A stretch of 64,000 bases of DNA from Enoplolaimus lenunculus (lineage: Eukaryota), in NCBI GenBank assembly GCA_030248215.1, contig JASANG010001519.1, positions 62,001 through 126,000 of the forward strand, read 5' to 3'. Shown in pieces: positions 11,442 through 26,300 of the stretch. The stretch's first letter is position 1. Each line of letters opens with the position of its first letter. The notes under the pieces are model-generated. The model did not search any database, had not been told where the DNA came from, and saw nothing but the letters and a program-made list of their open reading frames with translations. A program made the translations under genes and the position numbers.

Positions 11442-14343
11442 CTGCGAATCATATAGCTGCGTGATATGTTCTGTGTTGTATGCTTACATCTAAACCCCGC
11501 ATTGTTCTGTGAACTATTGTGATCCATATTTAACTATGACCTACGAACTTTTGCAAAAGTACAAATTATTTGCACTCTGTTATGACTTCTCGGTTGACGG
11601 CTGAACAGAAGGCATATCGAGTTTGGGTAGCATCTGTTGAGTGCAAAATATCTCCGGCCCCGCAACGAACGAAACAGAAACTTAGTTTATTTAAAGCGTC
11701 TCTAAATTACGCCCATCCCATCAGACAACTTTCAAAACAACCATATATAGCTTTTAGTATTGATTATTGTGTATACATACATATATATTTGTTCGTAAAA
11801 TTATGAATATTGAAATGCAAATGCTATACAGTCAAAGTGTTATGACTTACAAAATTATCTCGTGCCCAAATTCTCGTTTTTGTATCAAATGCATTTCTTG
11901 ATGTACGAAGGTGTCGCTTCATTTCTCTTGAAAAAGTTAGACATGTTCAATGATTTTGGTTGGATTTTTGGTAATTTATGAAATTTCTATTACGAATAGA
12001 TTTTTCACAACATATCTCAAAATTTCACAACCGAAATTGCCTGAATGTCCGGCAAAAGTTCCATCGGAGTCGGAGGTCGATTTTTTGCCCGAGCCAGAAA
12101 CAGACTTCCGGTTGTTCCCTGCTAAATAATAAATTATATGTTTATTTGCACATAGTATTCAGTTTTCGACGATGTTTGAGTGCACATAGGAGGAACAAAA
12201 TGTCTCATAAGTATAACGATCCGTTCATCACAAATGCTTCAACCAGAATGCTCGTCGTCAATTATATAACTAAGATTCTCCGAAGTTCACTGAAAATACA
12301 TTGAAGACGAGATATATAAGCTTCTGTTGAAAGCAAGGATCAAACATAAAAATTAGGTAAAAGTTTTACTTCGTACCGCTAATAATAACTGAACAATTTT
12401 CCCGTTAAACGAGCTTTTAAAACGATTTTTTTTGGTATGTATTTCTAGTTTTGTGGTTCCGGCATTTTTTAACCTTCCGGTTCCGGTATTTTATAATTTC
12501 GGTTGCACCCTGAATGTTGGCCTTATAAGTAAAACGATTAAGTTCACAGGTAACTTAAAAAGAAGCTTTTCGACGATTTTTTAACAATTTAGGTGTAACG
12601 GATATCCCTTTTCGTTTCCGGTAAAAATCGGTGTCCGTTTCTGAAATTAACTATTAATCATATCACAATTTCCATTATGGATATGCTGAAGCTGTTCGAA
12701 TAAAAATTAAAAAAAAATCATTCAAAATCTTTAAAATTTTTCAGCATCCACATTTTTCCTTAAAATTTCAGAAAACCCGCTGAATATTTGCATTCCACAG
12801 TTGTATTGGCAGAAAAAACGTCTTTGAAACTTTTTTTACTTCGATATCAGTTTCCGTTATTTTAATCATCCGTCTCCGTCATTTTTACAATCCGTTTTAT
12901 ACCCTGCTATTTTGCAAACTATTTTAAAAACATCTGAAAAATCAATATTGTTTTCAGGAGGTAATTTCGTTTCACATCCGGAGTTATTTCAACTCGGGTT
13001 ATACACCCTGAAGTAAACGTTGAAACCGGAACGGCCCTAAAAGTAACATGAGCCAAGCAAAAAGTTACGAAATTTATTTAAAATCTTTCTGCTATTTTCT
13101 TTAATTTTATAAAAAACCCGGTGAGTATTGAAATGGTTTTACGGTGATCCGTTTTCCGTTTGTTATGTTAAATGCTATCCGTTTCCGTTATTTTTATTAA
13201 TGTACGTCTACACCGATTCCAACAGCTTCAGTAGTGAATTTTGTAGTGCGTGTAGCCGCCTGCTTTGCACCTCCGGCTCTATCTACGGAAAATTTTGTCT
13301 ATCACAGGCTTCGATCTTTTTCATATCTGGTTGGATCATACGAGTATAACTAGGTGGTGAACTAGAAGATAAATGTGCCAGATTTCGGATTAACATCGTG
13401 ATTTATATTTTGTCAAATGAAAAACTGCGGGATATAAACGAGTTCCTGATATTTCTATATATACGGAAATGGACACCGATTACCGTAAACAGATATCCGG
13501 CTACACCCTGGAACGCAGGTTATACTAAAAATTTCAATACGTCTTTTTACCTAATTTTATTTTACCTCAGGCTAGATTTGTTGACTTTCTGCCCCGGTTC
13601 TTGATTTCGGGTTGCATCCTGCTACATGGACCAAAATAATTACTTAAAAAAGGTTTGACCATGAACATCTCGGTTTCCGACCTGCGCCACACACCATACC
13701 ATACCGCAGAGTATATACAGTGATTTTATATTACTGCTTCGCCAAAGCGAACCATGGAAGCAAATTTCCCGCTCTTACATTGGTAACACAAGCATAACTT
13801 TATTACTTTTGGCACGAGTGGTAAAATTTAAAATGAAAATTAATCATTCATACTTGATATATTGCACAACTGAAAATTCAAGTCATAATAGTTTGACATC
13901 TAGCTGATTCACTGAGAATCGTTGTTGTTTTTATGATTATGGAATCCCAATTACGTAACCAGTTGTAGTAAATAAAAATCATCTTGTAAAATGCTCATTT
14001 ATATAAAACAACAAATCATGCAAACTATACAATTCCGCAGCAAACTGGCTACATTTTTCCTTTTGGTTGAGCTTAATCCAAAACCAGCAAACATGACATG
14101 CATATATTATACTCAAGAGAACACAGGGAACACAACACACCTAACAACATACATTATAAAACCAAGCTATCTATAAAGCTAGAGAGAAGCGCGTATTAAA
14201 CGCAATTGATATAAATAATGAAAAAGGAAATTAAATAAAGAATACTCAAAACACCCAAATTAAAATAAATTGACAAAACACATCACATATCTGGTTAAAT
14301 GAAAAAATATGCCTAAAAACTACAAATATATTATTTTATCTTT

Positions 14344-17300
14344 TTAAAAAAGAGATATCTCTGGACATTGCCTTCTTTCGAAACAATCCCAAAAATCTGG
14401 TGCCTGCAGTATCTGTTCAAATCGTACTCGGGAATCTAGTGTTCCAACACACGTCCAAATAGCGATTCTCGTGTGTGGTTCCTGAATAAAATATGGAGTC
14501 AATGAAAACATTTAAAACGGATACGTAAAATTAAAAATTCCTGTTACAGCGAACAGTCATTGATTGCGAAATATTTTTTCAAGCAGATCACACACTAGTC
14601 TGACAAACGCAATTTACAAAATTTCTGTTCTCTTTATGTTACGTTCGGTACATACTTGCCATCTCAAAACAATTATTATTATTATATTCTTATTATATTA
14701 TTATTAATATTTGTTATTATTATTATTACTAGTATTATTATATAGATATCTGAACTGTTGAAGTCTTAAAAAATTAAAATTTAATTGAAATCATCAGGGG
14801 AGCTTATGAGGAGCCAAATCGGCATTATGTTCCGATATATTAAGATAGAGGTTACTTTTAGCAATGGAATAACCAAGACATATTCCTAAGTTTAAGCCTT
14901 CTCAGCGTAATAAACACAAGTCTAAAGCAAAGCTTAAGCCTACGCCCAACCAAAAAATTAGTCTAAAATTTATGTATGCTCTAGTGCGGTCTAGCGAGAG
15001 AGCGGGCAACTAGTTATTAATCAGTAGCAATCTTCTAAACCGAACACAAAGAACTATTGAGTTTCAGGTGCTCAGCTGTTCGTATTGTAATTTTACGCTC
15101 ATAACAATCAGCTTGTGGTCAGGTTACTTCCTTTAGAGCAACAAGTTAAAACAAGTGTTTTTAGAAAATGAGGTTTTGAAAATAGAAAACAAATCAAGTT
15201 TCGGCATCCCAAATCAGACCGTCCGTGGAATGCTGCAAAGCAACTCACCCTCCGTGGAATGTTAATTTGTTTAACGCCACTCCACTGTTTTAAGCAATCG
15301 ATGAGATCTTGCAGCTTTTTCCAATAAGTTCCATAACGGGCGGAACTCATCATTTCATAGTCGAACGAAGGCATTCGAGATAATTGCGTATCAACAGGGG
15401 TCCAAAGCTGCGTAATGACGTATGACTCGCGAATATCGTAACCAGAAGACACTTGGGTTAAATCTATACTACAGGAACGAAAATCTTAGTACGCCTAGGA
15501 CTATGAAACGAAAACACCCAATGTGAAGAGGCTGGTTTCACGCTATTATCGGCGCTGAAACAAGGAGTCTTGGACAGTGATAACAACATAGCTGGAGTGG
15601 CAATATTTAAAAATAAAGTATCCGGACCCGGAATTTTTCGGTGAAAACACCCGAAAAATCGAAGTACCAAGACACCGGATGCAACTCTGACAATGCGTCA
15701 CGAAAAATTTGTTTCATTGGATGCCACGACCCAAAATAAGGACGAATTTTGTTGCGCAAAATCTCAGAAGGTGCGTATCGCGTTATGCTCTAGGTTCTCC
15801 CACACTAGAAAAAGCAGAGCGGATTGAACCGAAGCGTCAAACTAAAAGTGGGGGAATTCGAAATGGCATTAAAGAGAAAATAATTTAACATAAAACGGTT
15901 CCAACTTTAATAACAAAACTGTTTACCATTAACATGCAAACTTTCCGCAACCTTGCCAGTAATGGCAAGCGAGTAGTAGCATTTGAATGCCATTAGATTC
16001 AGTGATTCCAACGGGCAATTCTCTCTTGAAAGAACATACCTAAAAAGTTGTGAATTTCAAATTAACTACTAATGCACACTAGCTATCATATTCAAAACAA
16101 TTCTTAAAGTTCTTGCCACTGTACAGAATTTGTATTTGAAGTTAAGTTTTTTCAAAAAAACTCAGGAAAAGACATGGTTAGTTTTTCCCAGACGCATATG
16201 TTTCATGTGGTTAAAGAATGCAACACACAAACACTGGACAACACGATTGCACCATTTGCTTATAGCATTTTTACAGCAGCAAAACGCACAAACGATGGTT
16301 GTGAATATAATAAAAATGTTGAAAAAATAGAACCTCAAAAAAAATTAGATTAGCCCACCTGTCGGAAGTTCCAAAAGTTAACACAACTTCTTCAGTGCAG
16401 CCAAAATCTTCGGATGCCAAATATTTCAGGAAATTCAGCAATACAGAAGCTTTGGGAAACTTAACAGTGGCCACAATTTCTAAAACGCGAGGAACAAAAA
16501 AATTATAACATGCATGTTAAAGTTTTTACCTAGCAAAAATTATGAACATTATTGTATATCGATTTGCAATATAAAACCGTTAAATCAAACTAAAGCTTAA
16601 GTTGTCTATGTAGTTACCTGCCAAATAAACCTCGGGTTTGCACAGAGTACGCCATGTATTACGAAACTGAGATCAGATGATTGCAATGCACGGTGAAATG
16701 AATTAATGCACGTTTTCCATTAAAAATGTGTCGAATGCATAACAACTGTTGTAACTCTGCTTACGAAATGTGTTAACCCTTACTTTCTACATCTTCCGGA
16801 AGAGGCAAAGGAGGTGGCGTGTTTAGTGTTTCGCCCATAAAAGTTGCATGTTGATAAATACAGTAGTTCAATAACAACAAAAACAGTGAGAAAACCGTAA
16901 CGCACGTCTTGCTCTGTACATTGTCGTCCGTGAACTTATCTAAAAAATATAGCTGGAATTTACATATTTATATACTAGTGGTAATACGTGGTATGCATTG
17001 CTAAGCAAACAAATTAGCTTTACCACTTAACTATATAGGGTTACCGCGTGTTTTCATTAACCATGGTGGGCGGTCTCGGGCTCGGCAAGTCTCGGGATTT
17101 GTCTGGTCTCGGGCTCGGCAAGTCTCGGGATTTGTCTGGTCTCGGTCTATGGGCGGTCTCGGTGTCGGACTCGGTCGGCAAGTCTCGGGATTTGTCTGGT
17201 CTTGGTCTAGCTTTTCTTGAGTCTCTGTGGTTTGTTGTAAAAACGATAAACAATTGCAATTAGCTGTGCTAGTTTTATTTGATGACAGGAGACAACAATG

Positions 17301-20300
17301 TTTTGCTCGTATTTTAGACTAAATGTACATGCATGAACCACTCAAAATTGGGTACTTGTTTACTTCATTCAACGCTATGATAGTGTATTAATAGTATCAA
17401 GATCTGGCTTCTCCACAGCGGGGGGGGGCAGCACTTTTCGAAATTTTCATTTTCCCTCCGGCGAAAATTTTACCGCCCCCAGGAAAGGCCCGCCGGCGAA
17501 TTTTCGGCCGCCCCCCAGCAAAATGCACCCCAGCAAATTTTTTGCTGGGCGGCCCCCTGGACTTTTCTAAGCCAAAAATTTTCAATGTTAAAACGTAAAG
17601 ACCTGGACTTCTTTTGAGGCGGACATTCGGCAAAATATGATTTTATATTACGCTGAGTACTCATAATTTTTAATAGCGTTACAAATACCCGTAGTAACTA
17701 ATACAATTCAATAATGAACTGAAAAAGCACAATTATATAAAGACCATTTCAGGGCATACAGCATTCGAAAGTACCTTGCAGCAGCAAGTTCAACCCGCCT
17801 GAGCCTTACGATAAATTTAAGCTGTGCCTAATATACAAAATATATATTAATCACAGTTTCAATTAATAGATTATCTATTTTTTTATATAATTGTGCTTCT
17901 TTCAACTTCTGGTTAAATTGTCAGTATATACAGTTAAAATTATTGTTATTAGCGTTTGCGAGAAATTTTTTTCATGTTGAGCGATGAGTAATCTCAAGTT
18001 GAGTTGGAAACACGGTCTAGAATGAAAAAATGGTCCAAAAAGTCGGTTTGCAAAATTTTAAGCCTGCCCCTCAGGACCCCCCAGATCATCTGGGGGCCCC
18101 CAGGAAACGCCCCCGGCGGAAATTTTCAAGCTGTGGAGAAGCCAGAAGATACCTCAAAGTGATTATCGTACTACATTATGACACGGATGGCTTAGGTTTA
18201 GCCTTACTCTTCAGCTTAGGTATGGTAGTGTGGAAGTAAACAAGTAAATAAAATTACACAATGCAAGTAAAGTGAATGAGCTGTTTCCAGAGTTGATCAC
18301 CAAGTAATGTTTTTATTAATATTGGCACTGACTGTCGCATATAATCCGCTTAAGTTCATTTTTCAGCTTCAGAACATAGAGCAGAGAAAAATAAAGCTTA
18401 AGTTTGAGCACTTACGAGTAAGTAGCTTTTCAGCCATACAAAGCCTTGACAAAAGGAAAGCCACTCTGCGCAAATCCGGGAACCCAACGATGTAATCGAT
18501 AACTATCTTTTCGATTGCTGGACATTCCTGCGGTGGTGCTCGAATATAACCAGTGAAAGCATGAATTTTGTCATCCGGAAACGCTTCCCACATCTCATCA
18601 ACGAATAAATCAATCACTTTGAGTATTGGAGAATTGTCATCGGTGAACCATGCGTCATCGAAGTTATTATTAGTCAAAACAAGATTGGAATTGGAGTACA
18701 ATTTTTCCTGAAACAAAATAGTAGAAACAGCGGCATATATTTGTGTATGAAACGCATTCATTCAATCTTTTAAAACCATAATTCTGGGCCTTCCCTAGTA
18801 TGGGACGCCCCTTCGTCTCCTCCAGGTGGATGACCCTCTTTTTCAATTAGAGTGCTTTGGCATTGTAACCTATACGTAATGCATACTTTAAAAGATATGT
18901 TGATAGCATATAAATCCTCAGCACGCAAGTGCCGGTTCTGAAAATTCTAGTTCCAATTCCGGTAGAAATTTCCAGTTTCCATTGCAATTTTGGTATAATT
19001 TGGTTCTGTTTTGCACCATGAATGAACACCATAATATTTTATATAACGAGCTGAAAACTTAGCGTGTAACGTGCAGACTCAAATTCTGGAAGCACTCGGC
19101 CAAAAAAGTCGTTAAATGATCCCAGAACTGAATATTTTATAGTGGAGATTAGCACAGAAGCATGCGACGCATAAAAAACCCCTAAGTTCAACATCGAAGA
19201 AACCCCAAACCATTCTTCTATTAACCACAGATTTTCCTCCCGGTTTAGGGTGAGGGAAGCCCTAAAACGGAAAGAGAAAAAGACCAGTCGCTGTAACACC
19301 AAACCTGTCACAAGCCAAGTTATAATTTATGTCTCAATCAGCTTCGCTTTATACACAAAGCTTAGGAGTTGTGTTAAATTTCACAAATAAAATATACTAC
19401 ATCTAGTGTGGAAAACAAAATGCTTCTGAAAATTTATGTTGCTTACTTGAAGCTGCTATCGATCAAGCTATATGAATCTAAATTGTATATATCTATAATT
19501 AATAGCTGCGCACGATATATGTATTACACAGTTCAATACCCAAACTGTATGCCTCTATTTTAACTGATGTACGTACCTGTTTTATTTTACTGAGTACACG
19601 CCAGCATATCCAAGGAAAGCTAACAAGTTTGCTCGTATTGTGGAATTGGCTGATGTCATATGTTACCATATACCAAGCAGAGGCCTTAAATCAACGAGCA
19701 CCAACATAACAGTGCATTCCATGACCATAATCTTTATTTCCGTTAATCAAACTAGGCTGTTAATTAAATTTAAATTTTTCAAATGTTTTAATTATACTTT
19801 TTTGTTAACCACGTAATGAGATGTACTTATCACACGGTTGCATCGAAATTACCGTTTCAATCGAATTGCAACCAAAATAGATTTACAGTTTTGGAATAGT
19901 GTTCAACTAAAAATACCAAGCTGCTGTGTCCAAGTCGAAGTTTAGAAATAGGTGGGTAACTAGAACTCCTTTCCGGAGTACTTAACTACAGCTAAAGCGT
20001 ATAGTCATTCAGCCGATGTGCCAATTCAGTTTGACGTAGAAAACTATGTGCTCCATTTAGTGCCACAATAACTAGTACAAAAGAATATAAATTGTATCCC
20101 GACGTTCAACGGATGCAACAGTGTACTTACAGAGAGAAAGAGGCTTTCATATTTATGCAGTTACGTATAGATGGGCGATACATCACGGAACAGTTTTGGA
20201 ATGATTCGTAGAGACACACTTTTTTGACAATCTATAGAATAAATGTAAAGGTCTTCATTATTAAATCCTGGCTACACTCCCGCTTCCAAAGTTTTTGCAT

Positions 20301-23300
20301 GCTCAATAATAATGTAATATTTAGACAAACCTTTTCCTTCAAGCCTTCTGAATTCAGCCAACACTCAAAATCGTCGTCATCGTCATACTCATCACCGTTA
20401 TGGCTGTTACCATAGTCATTGCATGGTACGTCTCCGCTGAGTCGTTTCCTTGATCGACGTGGCAGCAACCTGAGCCCGGGAAAATCCTGGCAAAATTTTT
20501 CTGCATATTTCTCCCAAACTGCGCGAACCCGCTGGCCAATTAACCGCTCGGTGTTGTAGTACGAAAAATCATCCCTTTCACCGTCAGATATACGATTGCG
20601 TACCGTCACAAGTTTTCCTGCACATGAAAAATCGAAAAACCAACTAAAACAACGAGTAAACCTAGAGTAATCTGTATGGGAACGGAAAAATAGACTCACG
20701 GCTCAAATAGTAAAAGTTTACAGAATCGCGCCATGCCAGCGTAATCTGCATATGTGAATCATTTTATAATTGAAATTCAGCCAAAAACTCAATTTTGTCC
20801 GTGCTTTATATTTAGTGGTGCACCACGTTGGAGCTAGTGGCTGAATTAGTAAAATTACCTGAGCTATTGCCCTTATCGAATTTAAAATTGCAGCAGATAC
20901 ATATATATTGTTAATAACAAATAAACAAATAAGGTCTGCTGTTACTTACATATAATGGCCATAGTGTATATATACATAAACGTAAACTACTAACCAGACA
21001 ACAATTGACACTCGTCATTAACACCGTAAGTGTCAAGCAAATCTTGTATCTCGCGGTTATACTCGTCACGCACCAAAACTGCATCTTCAGCAAACTCACG
21101 CCAACCATCGTATTCTAGCTCCAGATCAGGAGTTATGGTTGTTTCCGATATGCCCAGCGTCAAAATATCTTTCAATTTATCGATTTTACGGTGTAAATCT
21201 CCAACCAACCGCTGGCTCCGATAGTAAAGCTTTGGTGAGCTCTTAATAGGCAGGTACGTTGGACGCATCGCGGCAAAATCACCTGAAAAACTAAAAAACT
21301 AGAAACCTTAAATTTAAACTTCGAAGTCAAAACTTCTCAGATGAAAAACAGGTAGAGAACTAATCAAAAGCTATTATAAGATGACATTTTGCAAGACTAA
21401 TCATGAGTGGAGAGCTTTTTTGGAGCTGCCCAAGGAATTTGATGAGGAGGGTTTTTAGAAAGACCCTGACATATAAATGGGAGACCATAAATTTGGAGTC
21501 TTTATCAATTTTCCGCTTAAGTGTGCAATTTCCTATTTTGAAGCTTTTAGGTGACTCAAACCAACGTTTTGTTTTTGATTTAATAAGTATAAGATCAAAC
21601 CAGGAGAATTTTTCGTGTGGGAGATTTGTCGAGTGAGAAAGAATTTGGCGCAGTGGGTTGAGGCCCAACAAGCCAAATGCCAGTAAGGCTGCATCAGATT
21701 ATATAGATCCGGCAAATATAATTCGATTTTCCAATTTGGCAGGGTGCAACTGAATCTGTAACAAATCGTAAATGGATCCGGAAGCGCTTTTATTTTGAAA
21801 ATATGCCGATGCCGATTCGAATTTTAATTCACAATGCTTAAAGAACAGATAGGAAACAACATCAGATCATTATAAATCCGATGACTTTGTGCAAATTCAA
21901 AATTTTTTGCCGATGCCGATGCTGATTTCAATTTTGAAAATACGCTGACGTCGATACCGATGCGATCCAAGTTTAATACGCGATGGCTAAAGAACAGATC
22001 GTTTCGATTAACTTTTCAAACACAAACGCAAGAGATACAACTTTGTCTGATGAGAAACACTGATACGCTAACAAGTGAAATTGATAGCATTCGAACTCAC
22101 TGTTATGTGCAAAAAGTATCGGTAAATAATCCGCGATTTTTTGCAGCGCTAATGCTGCTAATCACGAAAAGTGCCGATTAATCGAACTTTTTGTTTAAAT
22201 GTGTCCTTCAACACCTGTCTTCGGCTCCGGCAGCTGCCGAAGTCGTATATTCAACCATCCGGATCCGGCATTTATTGATCTCCGGTTGTATTTTAAAACA
22301 CACCACTAGACTCTTTCGACGATTACCTCTTCCATAAACGCCATCAGTGTGTGGCAATATCATACGAGCTGACGAGTCATTATCAACGCCAGTCAAATAG
22401 GGATGTGCGTCTTTAATATCAAAATTCATGTCATCCCTGTTAGTGCTGTTCTCTCGCACTTTGTTCAAATAATCGCTTGTTCCTACTCCACTCTTTGCAA
22501 AGTCTACTGCGATTGAATGCAACCGTGCATAATGTTTACTCCCAGTGCTAAAAATGCTTGTTCGATCGGCAGTTGCTAAATGCTTCGTTGAAATATGTGT
22601 TACGTCGTCATGTTGAATGAAATAGCTGAAGAACTTAATCATATCGCTTTCCTAAAATATTAGACACATAACAAATATAATAACTGACTGAATCACGAAT
22701 CAACTACTAGATCAGTTTAACTTCACTGACCTGTTGACTGCAATGTAAATGATCCGGTAATTATAATATTCATTCAACTGACAACTAGAGTTTGCAGCGA
22801 ATCCGAAGGTTTTGATTAAATTTGGCAGTTGGCCTCAGTCAGTACACTTTCTACTGAACACATTTTGGAACTGGCTTACGCTCCATGGAGAAATTAATAC
22901 TAAATCACTAAAGAAACTTCAGTTTGAATCTTGGTATCTCATACCCTCATAGCTTCTTACCCAATGTTCAAAAAATTACATACAGTCTCAAACTTGTTCG
23001 TTAATGTTTATATCTTAGTCTACAAGCTAAAGTTGCTTTGAGCGCATTCGTACGTAGCAGTCAGGCTAATACACTTACGTCGAAATTTTTTTCACTAGCT
23101 GGCGCTTTCATTTTCACAAAAGCTTCCGGTAGCTCATTGTGGTCGAAAAACAAAGATAAATCGCTTCCTGCTGATGGATCTGAAAGGTAGTTTTCATTGC
23201 CAAACCAAATAACAGCGAACTCGTCACCATCCAAATCAGAACCTTGAATTAATAATGACAGTAATTAAGTTAGAAATAACGTGTATGGCAGGCTGACACC

Positions 23301-26300
23301 GAACCAACCTCTGAGAAATCCCATCACAGAGGATTAAGGTTCAAACCGCAAATACCAAACGTTTTCGAAAAATAATTCAGTCTGTTCCAAGTCAATTTCA
23401 AAAACACAAACATGTATTTCCGAACCTTGCTGAATTCGCTATTTTCAAAATCGAATTATAGTCCGAACGTTTGCTGCCACTCTTGTCAAGGCAAACTAAC
23501 ACGACCTGGCATCTCGCAAGAGTGGTCTTAACTCATACTTTTGTCTTCCCGTTTCATAAGTATAAGATTTCGAAAATTGAATAAGGGGTTTTTTGGCGTT
23601 GAGGGCCTATCATGGGGGATTGAGTCGGGGCCTGAAAATTGGGTCTTTTCGAGTAGGAAGGATTCGGCTGGCCGAATAATGGGGTATCCCCCCGCCCATC
23701 CCATTAGCGAAATGCCACAGGATAATCATATTGTAGCAAAATATAATCCAATGAAGTGAAAATGGTAGTTTCCGAGGCATTCATTAACACAGAAACTGAA
23801 AGAGACATTTGCCTGTTTGCATTAATCCAACATCTGATTTAAAAATATCAAACGAACGAAAAAACACTGCCACGAGCCATATTAATACATTTTATTCAAT
23901 AAAAACGCACACCTGCCAACTTATCAGGAAGCGGTCGCTGACCATTCAATTTTTGCGGAAACACAATTACGTCGCACATGTGATACAACTCTGGAACATC
24001 AACTGCGTTCAAAATACGAACGTCTCCTGCTGATATGCATGGATTTTTTGTGACAAGTACTTTGCTATTTAATGTTTTGGCGCCATACTCCGGATGGCCA
24101 ATATCGGTTGAATAGCGGACAAATACTTCATCATCACCTAGTGTTCTTGTTTCATCAAGAACGCCAAACATCGTGCGACCTTGACTCTCCGGCACATCGA
24201 TTCGAAGACGGCCCAAATCGGATAAGCCTAGAGTAAAAATAGCGAAACTATAGGAACAGTCAAAGAATATTGGAAAAGTGGAACGTCTTTACGTTTACGT
24301 TAGTTTTGCATCTCAATAAAACATTGAGGAACTGATACAGTTTTGTAACTATATACGAAATTAAATTAAAATACTAAATAGTGAACAATACAATATATAC
24401 GTGCAAAGTTAAAAAATACGACAGATTTCAAGTTTCGGTAAACTGACTCTATAGCTAACCTTTACGTAGAGCAGCAATCAGCATCGCGCGAAAAAATGGT
24501 TCAGTTGTCATTTTAAATACCATTCCCGGTATATCACCACAAATTGCACCAAAATCAATCGGAAGTGCTGTCCCAATATCAGACTTCAGTTTCTGAGCAG
24601 CTTTAGTTTCAGATACAAGTGCCTCTGACACTGAATTCAAATGACGCTGCAGGAGATGGCGTACAGTTCGGCATATCCTTTTGTGAACAGTAGGCGTGTT
24701 TTGATGTTTGGCAATTTGATCCAAGATCATTATAAGTGGTCGGTTTAGTGTTACGGTTGCTGGCGCGCTACATTTCACAATCTCAAGTGCATCGCTATTG
24801 GCTGCGTCAAACTTACTCATGCTTTGGCGTAGCTTAAGTTGAGGTGGATCATTGGCTGAGTCGCCAGCGCAACCGGGTCTGCGAAAAGGCGATTGTATAT
24901 AAGGGTTAACCGCAATCATGCCCTTACAACCACGATAGCGAATCTGATACGCCGAAGGTAAAACGTCGTTTATAATATAATCATCGCGGCCCAAACCCTG
25001 GCAAATACGTTGCGCCATCCATTTAGAAACTTGTCCAATGCCATCAGAATACACATATCGTTCTCTTACGCCGCCACCAAGCACACATACATCATACCGG
25101 CATGATTTAATGTCATCTTCAATGCGAACCCAATCTCGATCGTTCCCTGCAACTATACTGCTACCTCCTACACCGTTAAATATATCAACCGGATGACTTT
25201 GCGTAAAGCACTGACCCATTCGAGCCATTAGTTTTGACACACTTGAAACTCCCGTAAAATCGCCAGTCCAATTACGAATTTCCTTAGAAGTAATCGGTTG
25301 CTTTCGAGTCATCTCTGACTTCCGCTTTCCAGGTTGTTGGTTTACAAAATCAAAACTACTCATAGATTTTTTATCTGCACTATAGTTGGGTGGAATATCT
25401 GCGTACAAGTAGCAACCATGATCACGCAACTGGGAATTAGACCAACCTAAAAATTTATACTTTCGGTCACCAATTACGATACCACCAGAGAGTGATGCTT
25501 TTACTATGGACTGCAGAAGGTTTTCGCCAAGTCCAGTACAAGATAGCTTAAATGAGCAGTTCTCGTCACGAAACACAACCCGCAGTGCGTATTCTTCCCC
25601 AAATTTTCGTACAACGCGATTACTCATCATTGCTTCAGCCGGAAGAAAAATATGACGCGTTGGGGTCACGATGACCTTGCGTACCTGAAAATTGCAAGTA
25701 GCGTATTTTTGTAATAAAATAGAAAAGCATAATATGTATATCACGGATCGACTGGATGTTAATCGGATATATAAGGGTTAAATTGGTGCACAGCGCGTAG
25801 TATTTGAGTCGTGCAAAGTACATGTTTACTGATTCAAACGTATATTCTTAGTTTGGACTATTAATTTCAGTTCATAAATTTATAAACGTAAGCTTTTTGG
25901 CTTGCCTAGCAATGCGGTCGAAGCAAAATACGTACGTAGTATTTCCATATGTAAGAAGCAGTTTTATAATATTCGAGTTCACAGCCGTAAATATTCGGGA
26001 GCTGCTAGGTTTATACCGAAACCGGTTTCCCACAGGGTTGTTGGACAAAAAATACTGGAAAACGTTTTTTTTTTCATTTTTTCATTTTTCCGAGTTAAGA
26101 ATCGTTTGAATATTTTCCCATTTTTTCCGAGGGGGGGTGGAAAAATGGGAAAATATTCAAACGATTCTTAAATATAATTTGCAACTAAATAAAATATAAA
26201 ATAACGTTTTTAGATAACATGTAACTAATTTACATACAACACATTAACAGTGACCGTGTGTCTATGTCCGCCAGGACACATTATATGTCCGAAAAGAGCG

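Noticed and set aside
17041..17664. Repetitive ORFs (RPRPDKSRDL..., MPNVRLKRSPGL..., also 41660-41941)
   Set aside because: These are translations of MITE tandem and subterminal repeats.
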